Shown here piece by piece: positions 1-9,575 of a stretch of 60,974 bases of DNA; within the stretch, counting starts at the first letter, position 1; the number at the start of each line of letters is the position of its first letter. Made by a program: the position numbers and the translations under genes. The stretch comes from a virus (lineage: Duplodnaviria > Caudoviricetes). The notes under the pieces are model-generated. The model saw only the letters and a program-made list of their open reading frames with translations, was not told the origin of the DNA and ran no database searches. The stretch is from the IMG/VR virus record IMGVR_UViG_3300043775_003665, positions 1-60,974 of that record. One strand, 5' to 3'.

Positions 1-1
1 T

Positions 2-433
2 ACTAATCGATACTGTCGCAGTTGAATCACTTGTTTGAACAACTGAACTTTGGGCATTAATAATAGAATCTTTTACTTTAATTTCGGCTCTTAGTAGAGA
101 ATTTACACCTTTAAGGTCTTTATTAAGACCGAGGGCTTTTTGATACTCTGCAATAACTTTCTTATTTTCAATGGTTAAAGTGTTAATATCAAACTCATAG
201 CCTAGTTTAATAGCAACTAATTCACCATTCTTATTTCTTTCAAATTTAATAGTGTCTTGAGATGCTTTAAGATTATTATAATTTCTGGTTGCAATCTTTT
301 GTGCAGATTTAGCATCCTGTTTGAGAGTTGAATTTCTATCACATTGGTATGTTAATATAAAAACAAGAACTATTAAGATTATAAATTGAATAGCACTCCA
401 GTTTGTCGGTATGTATTTTTTAAAGTCAGTCAT
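2..433 (-). CDS. Partial (runs off window start) membrane-anchored coiled-coil protein, possibly i-spanin/Rz-like
   Basis: Hand translation from ATG at 433: MTDFKKYIPTNWSAIQFIILIVLVFILTYQCDRNSTLKQDAKSAQKIATRNYNNLKASQD...; one N-terminal hydrophobic helix then a heptad-rich segment; follows the tail fibre genes. Not in the ORF track because it is truncated. Confidence 0.5.
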   Translation of the reverse strand, partial: MTDFKKYIPTNWSAIQFIILIVLVFILTYQCDRNSTLKQDAKSAQKIATRNYNNLKASQDTIKFERNKNGELVAIKLGYEFDINTLTIENKKVIAEYQKALGLNKDLKGVNSLLRAEIKVKDSIINAQSSVVQTSDSTATVSIS

Positions 434-617
434 AATTATTTTATATTTATCTTAGTTTTATTAGTGTACTTTTCGCACACTATTTAATTTTTACTATCTA
501 TTACATTTCTCCAATCTGTCACCTTAAAGTTAATTTATTTAGTACTCTATACATTTAACAATTTTATTAAACCAATTTATAAAAGACATAATTAAATATT
601 ATGCGCTATTAATATTA

Positions 618-3600
618 TTAAAAAACTCTAACCGCACGAACTCTACAGAGTTTAGTTTTTAGATTCCCGAAGCCGTCGTCATAGGCCATAGTTAAAGTAG
701 TAGTGGCATAGTAATTGTGGTTATAGCTACTGGGAGCATGTGCCTCCAGTTTATCAGTAGGGTTTTGGGTTGAGGACCACCAATAAAAATAGTCGTCGAA
801 CCCGGTGCCGTCGCCAGATATACGGGGAAGATTTTCAAATGATGGAATATTCCAGGCATTGTCTAAAATTTCTTTTAGTTCATATCTACTTGGCAAGAAC
901 CAATCATTATAAGTCTTAAGTACAGCCTGTCCATTTTCTATCACCGTATATGGCACACTATAATCTGCACAAAGTCTTGCAGCTCCATTCGCATCTGGAC
1001 AGTTTTTTACTATGGCTTCGGTGTTTTTTCGGCCGTAACCAAACCCATCACGTGTCATCACTCGATTATTTTCGTTTAGTTGGCCAGCGCCGCCGCCTCC
1101 TATATCCAACGTAGGGCATCCCCACGGTGCTCCGGCCGGGGCAAGCTCACCTGATACAATAAATCCATGTTGTTTATTATCCGTAAACCCATAGTCATAA
1201 CCTTGAGAAGGATTGAAGATATATCCAATTGTTCCACCTCCATACGCATCACCTACCTTAAGAACTACATTCTCCGGTGGTGGTGGAGTTACAATTACCG
1301 GCGGCGGATTTGGCGGCGGCGGCGGTACATAAGTCTTATCATACATGTATATAAATGGGCAATTTGTAATACTATTGCTAGTATCATCATGTCCTCCAGA
1401 AGTGATTCTAATAACAGCATTAGGATTTACTGCATAATCGGCTGCAGTATATTTCCACCACACTGCAATTTTCTGGGGATTACTGAAGTACCGGTATATG
1501 GCCTGCAGGTTCTTTTCCACAGTATCATAATAGTTACCATACAATCTTAGATTGTCTTTGGCAACAAAATCTAGAAAAGGGTACTTACCCTTTTCCGGAG
1601 CGTCGTACATAACGGGTATACCATTGGCTGGGTTAATTATTCCAGTTTCTGCTAATAATTCAGCACTCTCAAGAGGCAAACTCAACACTCGATCATTATC
1701 TGCTCCACTCGAACTATCTGTCGGGGCCCCATAATGCCATTGATTTTGGTCGCCATCAGCATTTACGTAATTAAAGGTGTATTCTGTTTGCCGTAATTGT
1801 TGAACATCATCATTATGAGACCCTCGATTATCAAATGGACCTGCGTTTGTGAAATACCCTTTCCTTCGTCCTGGTTCACTAATGGAGGTCGCTTTTTTAT
1901 ATCCAGCATGAATAATCTCAAACTTAGATTCACCGGCTGGATGGGACAAAGTGGTGAATGCCCCAGGATTATGCCGTTTATGAATAAATAACATAACACC
2001 GCCAGTAAAATCTAATGGTACTGTATATTGAATAACATGAGGTGATGTATTATGGGGTACTATAATGATTTTTCCAGGTTTGATTGTGAGGGTGATGGGC
2101 AACGGTAAATCTTTATCTTGTACTAATCTTACATATGCACCTTCCCACGGGTACATCAGAGCAAATGCGGAATTAATTTTGACATCAGAACTGTTGTTAG
2201 TAAGGCTTACGCCTAAATTCTTAGGGTAACCATCGGTCCCAAAGGGGCTGTAGGTATATTCAGTACCTTTTATTTGTTCTTTAGCCCAGAATTTGCAACT
2301 TTTTCCGGCACGCCAGAATTCTATAGTCTTCTTGTAAAATAGTATCCCACTGAGCCTGTAAGGTGTTTCTGTTTCTTCGGTTAAACCACCTGGAAGGGCT
2401 GTAAAACCAGTCTCATTAGTTGCTTTAGTTGCTTGGGGATTCCATAGTCCTATTGTATCCCCAATACCTGTTGATTTTAATTTATCACCGACCCCGACGC
2501 CTAAGTATTCAGCGGATGATCCCGCTGATAAATGGGTGATTAGTCTACTCCATTCCCTTTGTGAAGGCACATGGTAGCCTAATGGAGCCAATATTTTCCT
2601 TTCATTAAAACGAGTGAATGTCATGTATAATTCTCTTTGCTCTAGGGGTAAACTTTTTTCTTTTGCACTTTCATCTTCATGGATCCCCATCACAGCGTAC
2701 CAATTGTACATTCTTCCATAAACTTTCCCATGTGCAAAGTCCTGATTATACCAGCACCAAGCTCCTGTTTTAAGCTTTGCCCAATCTTCGGCATTACCTT
2801 TGTGTTGAGGTATTCGGGTGCCATCTCTATATGTTGTAACATTTAAGTTTTTGGTTGTCCACGTTTGGGTACCTATGGTAACTGTAGGAGGAATTGCAAA
2901 AAGCTTTAAATCGAATTCGTAATCTATCTTCGTTGGATATCCTATATTTGGAATTCCTTCTACCTTAATAAATATTGTTAATGTTTCTCCTAAATTACTT
3001 ACAGATGAACCTGTAATTGTCATATATTGAGAACTACTTGTTAGTATAGGTGGAGTGGTTTCTTTGAATTCATATCCTTCTTTAGCAGTATAAACCAATT
3101 GAAAGGTATATCCCGTTTGAAAATTATATGTTATATTTGTTGATAGTGCAGTGTCGCATGTTACAAATTCGGAGTCTACTCTAACAAAATTAATAGGAAT
3201 AGTAAAAAGAACAATAGAATTAAGCGTGTTAATACCTAAATTTACAATATTCCCATTACCATCCGGATGATCGCTTACTGCAATTAATATACTAATTTTA
3301 GTTGGATTTGCTCCAGTGCCTACCGGGGTTATACTACTAATTGTAGCCCATGATGGAACTCCAGTAATACTTGATGTAGGTGGAATAGTTGACCACCAAT
3401 ACCCACTAGGTGCAACTACTTCATATGCAACTGAATAGGAAGCATCAGCAGACTTGTCAATTACAGTACCTAAAAAGTAAGGATTTGAAGTTAATTTCGA
3501 TGGGCTCGTATTTATATCTATTAAATTAAATGTTAATCCTACAACAGGATTCTGTCCAGTTCCTTTATCTGACCAATATAAATCATTTCTCCCTAAATAA

Positions 3601-4880
3601 ATAATTTGAGGAAGTTTTTTAATCTTATATGATGTTCCATTTGGTAGGTTTAACCCACAATTCAAATTTGTTAAAGAATCACCCGTATTAACTTCGCTAG
3701 TAACATTATATATTTTAGAACCGGTCTCTAGATTTGAAACAAAACTTGATACTGTTCCTGTTGTTGAACCTCCATTTATGTGCTTACTATCAGTATCTAT
3801 ATCAACAGTTCCTTGGCTATTTGGAAGTTTTGAATTAGGGTCTTCTTCAATATTAATTTTAAAGTTTCCTAGCATCGGAACTTGATACGTAATATCATCA
3901 TCATCATTTTTCCATTCTTTTCCATTACATAGATACCATCCTGTGTAATCTCCAATCCCTTTCCCAACAGTTATTTTTAATGAAGTATTATCCGTTACAC
4001 TTACTGATTCTTCACTTATAAAATTATTAGTATAACCAAAAATCTCACTCTGAATCGAAACAATTGCTCCACCTGGAACATTACCTAAAAGTTCATTAAT
4101 TTGTTTAAATTTAACAAGTCCATCATTATTTTGAGAAATTATAATACTATTCGTCTTCGCTCCTGCATTTTCAATAATTAAGTTTCCTTTAATATTAACT
4201 GGAAGATTAAATTCGGTTTTGACTTTAAATTCAGCACCTTGAGGACTTATATTAAAATTATCTTCTCCAATACTTGAGCTCTTAAATGTAGTTTTATTAG
4301 AATCGATGCTAGTGGCGGTTTTTTTAGGTAATCCACCACCGGAAGTATCAATAAATCTCATTGTTAACCCATCTGCTACATCGTTTCCTCTTGGTTTATC
4401 CAATTTAAAATCATATGAGTGGTCTGGTGTTGCCTGATTTTTAAATCTTAAATTAGAAACTACATGGCTTTTTCTGTAAATAACCCATTGATACGGGGTT
4501 TTACCATCAATTAGCGCCTGCTTGTTCTTGTATTCATCATCGCTTTCTAAATGTCCAATATTTATAACTGGTGCCCATTGATCCCCTGTCGTGTGAATAG
4601 GTACTAGAGTTACAGCATTGATTTTATCAGGTTGTGCCGCGATTTGTTTCCAATAACTGACATTTGCTGGAGATGCAGGTCCTTGATTTCCAAGGGTCCC
4701 AGCTAGACCCCGGGATCCTTGGTATCCTGTTATTCCTTGAGGTCCACTCTGTCCAATACTACCTTGAGGTCCTCGGGGTCCTCCACCATTTGCGACAAGT
4801 TGATCAAAATTATAATTGATTGCATCAATTTTAATCTGATCAGAATCTAGGATGTTTATGTGTTTAAAGGTAATTGGCAT
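618..4880 (-). CDS. Tail fibre / receptor-binding protein: collagen repeat, collar-like motif, FISUMP (Fib_succ_major) domain, C-terminal DUF1566/Lcl-like lectin-fold domain
   Basis: G-X-Y repeats near N-terminus; GWYLCNG motif; IGTQTWTTKNL..YGRMYNWYA..HVPS..EW..TNETGFTALPGG (FISUMP); poly-Pro linker; DWFLPSRYELK..YWWSSTQ..RVRAVRVF (DUF1566-like). Confidence 0.75.
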   Translation of the reverse strand: MPITFKHINILDSDQIKIDAINYNFDQLVANGGGPRGPQGSIGQSGPQGITGYQGSRGLAGTLGNQGPASPANVSYWKQIAAQPDKINAVTLVPIHTTGDQWAPVINIGHLESDDEYKNKQALIDGKTPYQWVIYRKSHVVSNLRFKNQATPDHSYDFKLDKPRGNDVADGLTMRFIDTSGGGLPKKTATSIDSNKTTFKSSSIGEDNFNISPQGAEFKVKTEFNLPVNIKGNLIIENAGAKTNSIIISQNNDGLVKFKQINELLGNVPGGAIVSIQSEIFGYTNNFISEESVSVTDNTSLKITVGKGIGDYTGWYLCNGKEWKNDDDDITYQVPMLGNFKINIEEDPNSKLPNSQGTVDIDTDSKHINGGSTTGTVSSFVSNLETGSKIYNVTSEVNTGDSLTNLNCGLNLPNGTSYKIKKLPQIIYLGRNDLYWSDKGTGQNPVVGLTFNLIDINTSPSKLTSNPYFLGTVIDKSADASYSVAYEVVAPSGYWWSTIPPTSSITGVPSWATISSITPVGTGANPTKISILIAVSDHPDGNGNIVNLGINTLNSIVLFTIPINFVRVDSEFVTCDTALSTNITYNFQTGYTFQLVYTAKEGYEFKETTPPILTSSSQYMTITGSSVSNLGETLTIFIKVEGIPNIGYPTKIDYEFDLKLFAIPPTVTIGTQTWTTKNLNVTTYRDGTRIPQHKGNAEDWAKLKTGAWCWYNQDFAHGKVYGRMYNWYAVMGIHEDESAKEKSLPLEQRELYMTFTRFNERKILAPLGYHVPSQREWSRLITHLSAGSSAEYLGVGVGDKLKSTGIGDTIGLWNPQATKATNETGFTALPGGLTEETETPYRLSGILFYKKTIEFWRAGKSCKFWAKEQIKGTEYTYSPFGTDGYPKNLGVSLTNNSSDVKINSAFALMYPWEGAYVRLVQDKDLPLPITLTIKPGKIIIVPHNTSPHVIQYTVPLDFTGGVMLFIHKRHNPGAFTTLSHPAGESKFEIIHAGYKKATSISEPGRRKGYFTNAGPFDNRGSHNDDVQQLRQTEYTFNYVNADGDQNQWHYGAPTDSSSGADNDRVLSLPLESAELLAETGIINPANGIPVMYDAPEKGKYPFLDFVAKDNLRLYGNYYDTVEKNLQAIYRYFSNPQKIAVWWKYTAADYAVNPNAVIRITSGGHDDTSNSITNCPFIYMYDKTYVPPPPPNPPPVIVTPPPPENVVLKVGDAYGGGTIGYIFNPSQGYDYGFTDNKQHGFIVSGELAPAGAPWGCPTLDIGGGGAGQLNENNRVMTRDGFGYGRKNTEAIVKNCPDANGAARLCADYSVPYTVIENGQAVLKTYNDWFLPSRYELKEILDNAWNIPSFENLPRISGDGTGFDDYFYWWSSTQNPTDKLEAHAPSSYNHNYYATTTLTMAYDDGFGNLKTKLCRVRAVRVF

Positions 4881-4913
4881 ATCTATCTATATTTAGATTA
4901 TATATTTTAATTT

Positions 4914-5591
4914 TTAAGAAGTATATGGAAAAGTTATTTTTTGAATAAATAGGGTAACTATAGATGGCTGCATATTATTGTGTGGTTGACCACTTCCAAT
5001 TGAGGTTGTTTTGTAAATTTTTCCGCCTTGATTGGTGCTAGCAGGAACATCATAATTTATTGGGGTTGTGGTACCAGATACAAGAGTTTCATTTTTCCAC
5101 CCATCTTTATTATCAAAAGGACCTAAGTCCTTTTCTCCTGGAAAGCCATGACTATGCGCAGGTATTTCTGAAGTCCCCAACGTGTGCTCTTTTGTACCGA
5201 GGGTAACTGGAGAATTATCAGTATTTTTCATCTTTGATTGAGTAATACTAGTATTATTGAGATCTGTAGCTGTAGCTGTTCCCCATCCAATAGGAACACG
5301 ACCGGTTCGGTTTACTGTACCATTTAAACCATTGCAGATAGCCCATCCCTCTCGGTCTGAATTGTTCTTTCCCCTTCCAATGAAATTTCCGGTGGATTCA
5401 AAGTTGGCGCTTATATATGCATCAGTACAATCAATCATTTTTATGTCTCCAGTCTTCCATTGACTTTCTGCAATTTGTTTTGCATATGCTAATAGAGTCA
5501 TTTCAACTTCTTGATGTAAAGCTGCTGTTATTTGAGAACCTGTGGCTAAATTCTCCTCGATTGTGTCCATTACTTCTTGGTATGTTGGCAT
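4914..5591 (-). CDS. Phage tail-collar domain protein (short fibre-like)
   Basis: GDIKM..GWAICNG..GRVPIG..HTL..SEIPAHSH..GSGQPHNNMQPS..FIQK pattern typical of tail collar / microcystin-dependent-like proteins. Confidence 0.75.
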   Translation of the reverse strand: MPTYQEVMDTIEENLATGSQITAALHQEVEMTLLAYAKQIAESQWKTGDIKMIDCTDAYISANFESTGNFIGRGKNNSDREGWAICNGLNGTVNRTGRVPIGWGTATATDLNNTSITQSKMKNTDNSPVTLGTKEHTLGTSEIPAHSHGFPGEKDLGPFDNKDGWKNETLVSGTTTPINYDVPASTNQGGKIYKTTSIGSGQPHNNMQPSIVTLFIQKITFPYTS

Positions 5592-5615
5592 AGTTTAAAT
5601 TTTTATTTTTTATTT

Positions 5616-7013
5616 TTATGGGATTGTTCGGTAATCTGAAATCTTATAATCACTAGCTGAATAATCACCTGAAACAAGTTGTCCGGTTCCTAACTGTGAC
5701 CACCATAAATCACCAGCTCCTAAATAAATAATTTGAGGAAGTTTTTTGACTTGGTATATTATTGTTCCATAGCTAGAACTATTAAAAGTACTTTCAGTTA
5801 TTGAAGTCTCATTAGTAATATTATACTGGGTTGGTGATGTTCCTACAACTTCTGCATTTAATAAAAAATCAGCACCTCCAATTAATCGTGTTCCACTGCT
5901 GTTCTTTCTTTTAAACCCTTGGCTATAGGGATCTGTTGTAACTGGATTTGCGAAAATTGTATATTTAAAGCCATTAGTATCTGGAGCATCAAAAGAAGTG
6001 TTTCCATTAGTCCATTCCTCTCCATTACAAATATACCAACCTGTATATTCATCTATTCCAGCTCCAATTCTTATCTTTAGTGGTATATTCTCATCCGGTT
6101 TGCCAACACCTGCGTCTATATCTTGATACATAATAAACTTACCAGAAAGAAAATATATTGAAGGTAATATTGAAATAACAGTACCTATTCTAATAAAACC
6201 TCCAAAATATGATGGTGATTTAAAAGTCAAAAGACCAGTATCATCAACTGACGTTACAACTTTATCTAATCCTGCTTCGGGATTTTTAAGACTTAATTTT
6301 TTATTAAATCTAACAGTATCTTCAAAAGTGGAATTAGTCCGTATTTCTCCTGTGGTACCGGTTTCGCTAATATCAGTTTTTAATAAAATGCTTCCATCTA
6401 CTGTACTATTGATTTCAAATTCATCAGACTCTATTGTTAATTGAGTAGGTGATGGTTCGCCAGATGCTTCATCGCTTTTAAATTCTAAATGTAGTTCTTT
6501 AAAAGAATTACATTCAGAATTACACATCTTAATATTAAATGTATTTTTAACTGATTTAGCATTAAAACTTATATTAGATAAAACATTATCTTTTCTATTT
6601 ACAACCCATTGGTATATTGGAAGTCCAGTATCAGTACTCTGCTGGGAATTATATTGAGTGTCGGGGTTGGTTGATGTATATCCTGCAGTAACAATTGAAA
6701 AATATTCTAAATCAGCATCGTCACTATTTTTTGGAAATAATGTTGCCTTTTTTCCGGCAAGAGGAATGGATGGTCTAGATGTCCAAAAAGAATCTGCTGA
6801 ACTAGTTTCACCACCTTGAGCACCTGTAGCACCTTGAGCACCTTGAGCACCTTTAGTGCCTTGAAATCCTTGAGGACCTGTAAGTCCATTTGTTCCTATA
6901 TATCCTTTTGGACCTCCTCCATTAGTAATTAACTGGTCAAAATTATAATTAATTTTGTCCAGAATTATATTATTATTGTCTAATATCGATATTTGCTTAA
7001 GGTTGATTGTCAT
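5616..7013 (-). CDS. Tail fibre paralogue (collagen repeat plus collar-like module, no large tip domain)
   Basis: Colinear with the first ~440 aa of the 1420-aa protein (DKINYNFDQL..NGGGP, YQWV..RK, YTGWYICNG, KKLPQIIYLG). Confidence 0.7.
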   Translation of the reverse strand: MTINLKQISILDNNNIILDKINYNFDQLITNGGGPKGYIGTNGLTGPQGFQGTKGAQGAQGATGAQGGETSSADSFWTSRPSIPLAGKKATLFPKNSDDADLEYFSIVTAGYTSTNPDTQYNSQQSTDTGLPIYQWVVNRKDNVLSNISFNAKSVKNTFNIKMCNSECNSFKELHLEFKSDEASGEPSPTQLTIESDEFEINSTVDGSILLKTDISETGTTGEIRTNSTFEDTVRFNKKLSLKNPEAGLDKVVTSVDDTGLLTFKSPSYFGGFIRIGTVISILPSIYFLSGKFIMYQDIDAGVGKPDENIPLKIRIGAGIDEYTGWYICNGEEWTNGNTSFDAPDTNGFKYTIFANPVTTDPYSQGFKRKNSSGTRLIGGADFLLNAEVVGTSPTQYNITNETSITESTFNSSSYGTIIYQVKKLPQIIYLGAGDLWWSQLGTGQLVSGDYSASDYKISDYRTIP

Positions 7014-7083
7014 TTTTATTTATATATTTAACTTATATATTTTTTATGTTATTTATTAAAGTATATATTTACACTACCGATAT

Positions 7084-9573
7084 TTAATCTTTTATTAATC
7101 GAACTGAAAGTCCAGCACTAATCGCTTGGGTTGCAATATAGAGAATGTCTCTACCACCGTTTATATATGGGGAGTAGATATAACCTTTACCAGGCTGTTG
7201 TTGAAAACCCTGTCCCGCATCAGCGCTCATCCAATTTGCAGCGTAGCCACTCTGTTTATAACAGTTTTGGGTTCGATTAAATTCAGGGCTAAAATAAAAT
7301 CTTTTATCAACATCGATAGACACAATACCGCCTGTACGCATTCCAGCTGGCACTGCTCCAAACCCGAATCTATCAGTTGCTATCTGAGCGCTGTCATTCC
7401 ATATTGGTGTATCCCGACCAAAACCGCAATCTTTTATATTCATTGTTGATTTTAACTGATTACCAGCTTTATATCCGGCCTCCACTACTTGTATCAAATT
7501 GGCTCCATCATCTTGTTCAATACCCCCGTTTAAAAACTTTCGAAGAGTTTTCCATTCCGCGTTTACAGGAACATGATACCCATCCGGAGCAAATTGTTTC
7601 CTTGCAGCTAATTCAGCAGAGGTTGGGATTAAACTATTAACCTCTTCCTGCCAAATACCCATAATAGCATACCAATTGTAAAGTTTACCAAAAATTGGGC
7701 CATTTTCTGAATAGTTTTGAGGATAGCACCAAGCTCCTGTTTTAAGATTATTCCATGGGTCAGTTTGGCTGGACGGCACAGTTGGTCCTATATATTCCGG
7801 AATAGAGGTGCCATCAGTATATGAGTCAATATCAAGATTTTTCTTTGTCCAATCTTGAGTTCCTATTTTCACCGTACTTAATGGAACAGTAAATGATTGA
7901 TTTTCACCATAAGATATTCCTTCTTTGTTAATAGCATAAGCTCTTACATAGTATTTCTTTCCTTGAGATAACCCTGTCAATTGGCTCGTAAATGGTGCAT
8001 CTCCACTACCATTATCAGTCATTGTATCGACCAATGATATAGTTGGATCTTTAACTCCACTCCAAACAATTCCTTTTTTGGTTATTGGAGAACGTCCATC
8101 AGTGACTATATTTCCACCAGATGCGGCAGTGTTAGTATCTCCAAAAACTATGTTGGTTACTGGCGACGTTATTATTGTTGGTGTTGTTGGCGGAATTGGT
8201 GCTACTACATTATTTTGCCATGTCAACGTTGAATCTTCTAAGTAAACTATATGAATCATCTTACTTTCACACAAATTAACAGCATCCTGCGAAGTATCAA
8301 TGCTAAATGTACTTAGCGTGGTATCATTATCTGCATATGATGTATCATCAAGTATTCGATACTTTCCATCTTTATCAGGATTTGCATTCATTGATAAATC
8401 ATATGCTCCGATAACTATCCTATCATTAAAAGGTGAAAAAACTTCAACTTGAGTAATTTTATCCCCTGCTGTAGTATAATAAAAGTTATTTAGATTCGGC
8501 GTTAAATACGTTTTTGTTAATCTTTGCGCGGGTTTACTCATCCATGTTTCTCCATTACATAAATACCATCCTTCAAAATCAGTACCTACCTTGCCTCTTC
8601 CATATATATTATTTAAGGGTGAACCTTCTATTACATCTATCGATCCGTCTAGATAAAAATTATCTTCATTAAATTCTTCTTCTCTAATTGAAATTATAGA
8701 ACCAATTGGAAATAATCCGAAAACATATCCAGTAGGTCTCCAAATAAGATCGCCATCTTCATTTGCCGATAATAGAATATCGTTAGTAATATCATTAGTA
8801 CTATCGGGTTTATATTCTAAAACACTTTTTGACTTTGCATATCCATTCACATCATTTTCTTTTCCCAAATTAAATATACTAGAATTAACATCTGATATAT
8901 TACCAATTTTAATCAAAGAACTATCGATACTAATAATATTTTGAGTATTGATGCTACTTGTGTTTATTAATATTTTTTGTGCTGTAAAAATAACGTTTAA
9001 ATCATCACCAGACATTCCCGGAAAAATTCGCAAATTACTGGCAATACTAATGGGCTCCTGTTGCTCATTTAAAATTATTTGATTTAAAAATTCAAAATTA
9101 TAACCGTAAGGTGAACCATTATGTTCAACTCTTAAATTAACGCTAGGAGCATCGGGAATAGGGTTTGTTGTTACTATTTGAGCAGGATCTGTATCTTCGG
9201 AATCAAGAACCTCTTGTTCACGCTCACCTATTTTTAAAGAAACCGTAGATGATTGAATTGTATTTGGTGGGTTTTTTCTAGGAAATAAATATCCTGGTAG
9301 GCCATTACTCTCTGGAAAATATTCCCATTCATTTATATCAATCTTACCTTGAGGACCTTGAGCTCCTTGATTACCTATTTCTCCATTGTTTCCTTGAGAA
9401 CCTTTAACGCCAGTAATACCATCAACACCAATACTTCCCTGAGGTCCTATCATTCCTCCATTTGAAAGCTGTATAAAATTGTAATTAATCTTGTCAACTT
9501 TATCTTTAGACCACCAGTAGTTACCGGTTGGATCCAGATCTGTTACGAAAAGTTCTTTTATATCAATAGCCAT
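7084..9573 (-). CDS. Tail fibre paralogue with FN3-like and FISUMP domains
   Basis: DKINYNF..collagen; GWYLCNG; FN3-like LTGLSQGKKYYVRAYAIN..GISYGE; IGTQDWTKKNL..GKLYNWYA..GYHVP..EW..SVRLIKD. Confidence 0.75.
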   Translation of the reverse strand: MAIDIKELFVTDLDPTGNYWWSKDKVDKINYNFIQLSNGGMIGPQGSIGVDGITGVKGSQGNNGEIGNQGAQGPQGKIDINEWEYFPESNGLPGYLFPRKNPPNTIQSSTVSLKIGEREQEVLDSEDTDPAQIVTTNPIPDAPSVNLRVEHNGSPYGYNFEFLNQIILNEQQEPISIASNLRIFPGMSGDDLNVIFTAQKILINTSSINTQNIISIDSSLIKIGNISDVNSSIFNLGKENDVNGYAKSKSVLEYKPDSTNDITNDILLSANEDGDLIWRPTGYVFGLFPIGSIISIREEEFNEDNFYLDGSIDVIEGSPLNNIYGRGKVGTDFEGWYLCNGETWMSKPAQRLTKTYLTPNLNNFYYTTAGDKITQVEVFSPFNDRIVIGAYDLSMNANPDKDGKYRILDDTSYADNDTTLSTFSIDTSQDAVNLCESKMIHIVYLEDSTLTWQNNVVAPIPPTTPTIITSPVTNIVFGDTNTAASGGNIVTDGRSPITKKGIVWSGVKDPTISLVDTMTDNGSGDAPFTSQLTGLSQGKKYYVRAYAINKEGISYGENQSFTVPLSTVKIGTQDWTKKNLDIDSYTDGTSIPEYIGPTVPSSQTDPWNNLKTGAWCYPQNYSENGPIFGKLYNWYAIMGIWQEEVNSLIPTSAELAARKQFAPDGYHVPVNAEWKTLRKFLNGGIEQDDGANLIQVVEAGYKAGNQLKSTMNIKDCGFGRDTPIWNDSAQIATDRFGFGAVPAGMRTGGIVSIDVDKRFYFSPEFNRTQNCYKQSGYAANWMSADAGQGFQQQPGKGYIYSPYINGGRDILYIATQAISAGLSVRLIKD

Positions 9574-9575
9574 AA

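Noticed and set aside
434-9573. Complete diversity-generating retroelement
   Set aside because: No reverse transcriptase and no template repeat could be found in the window.
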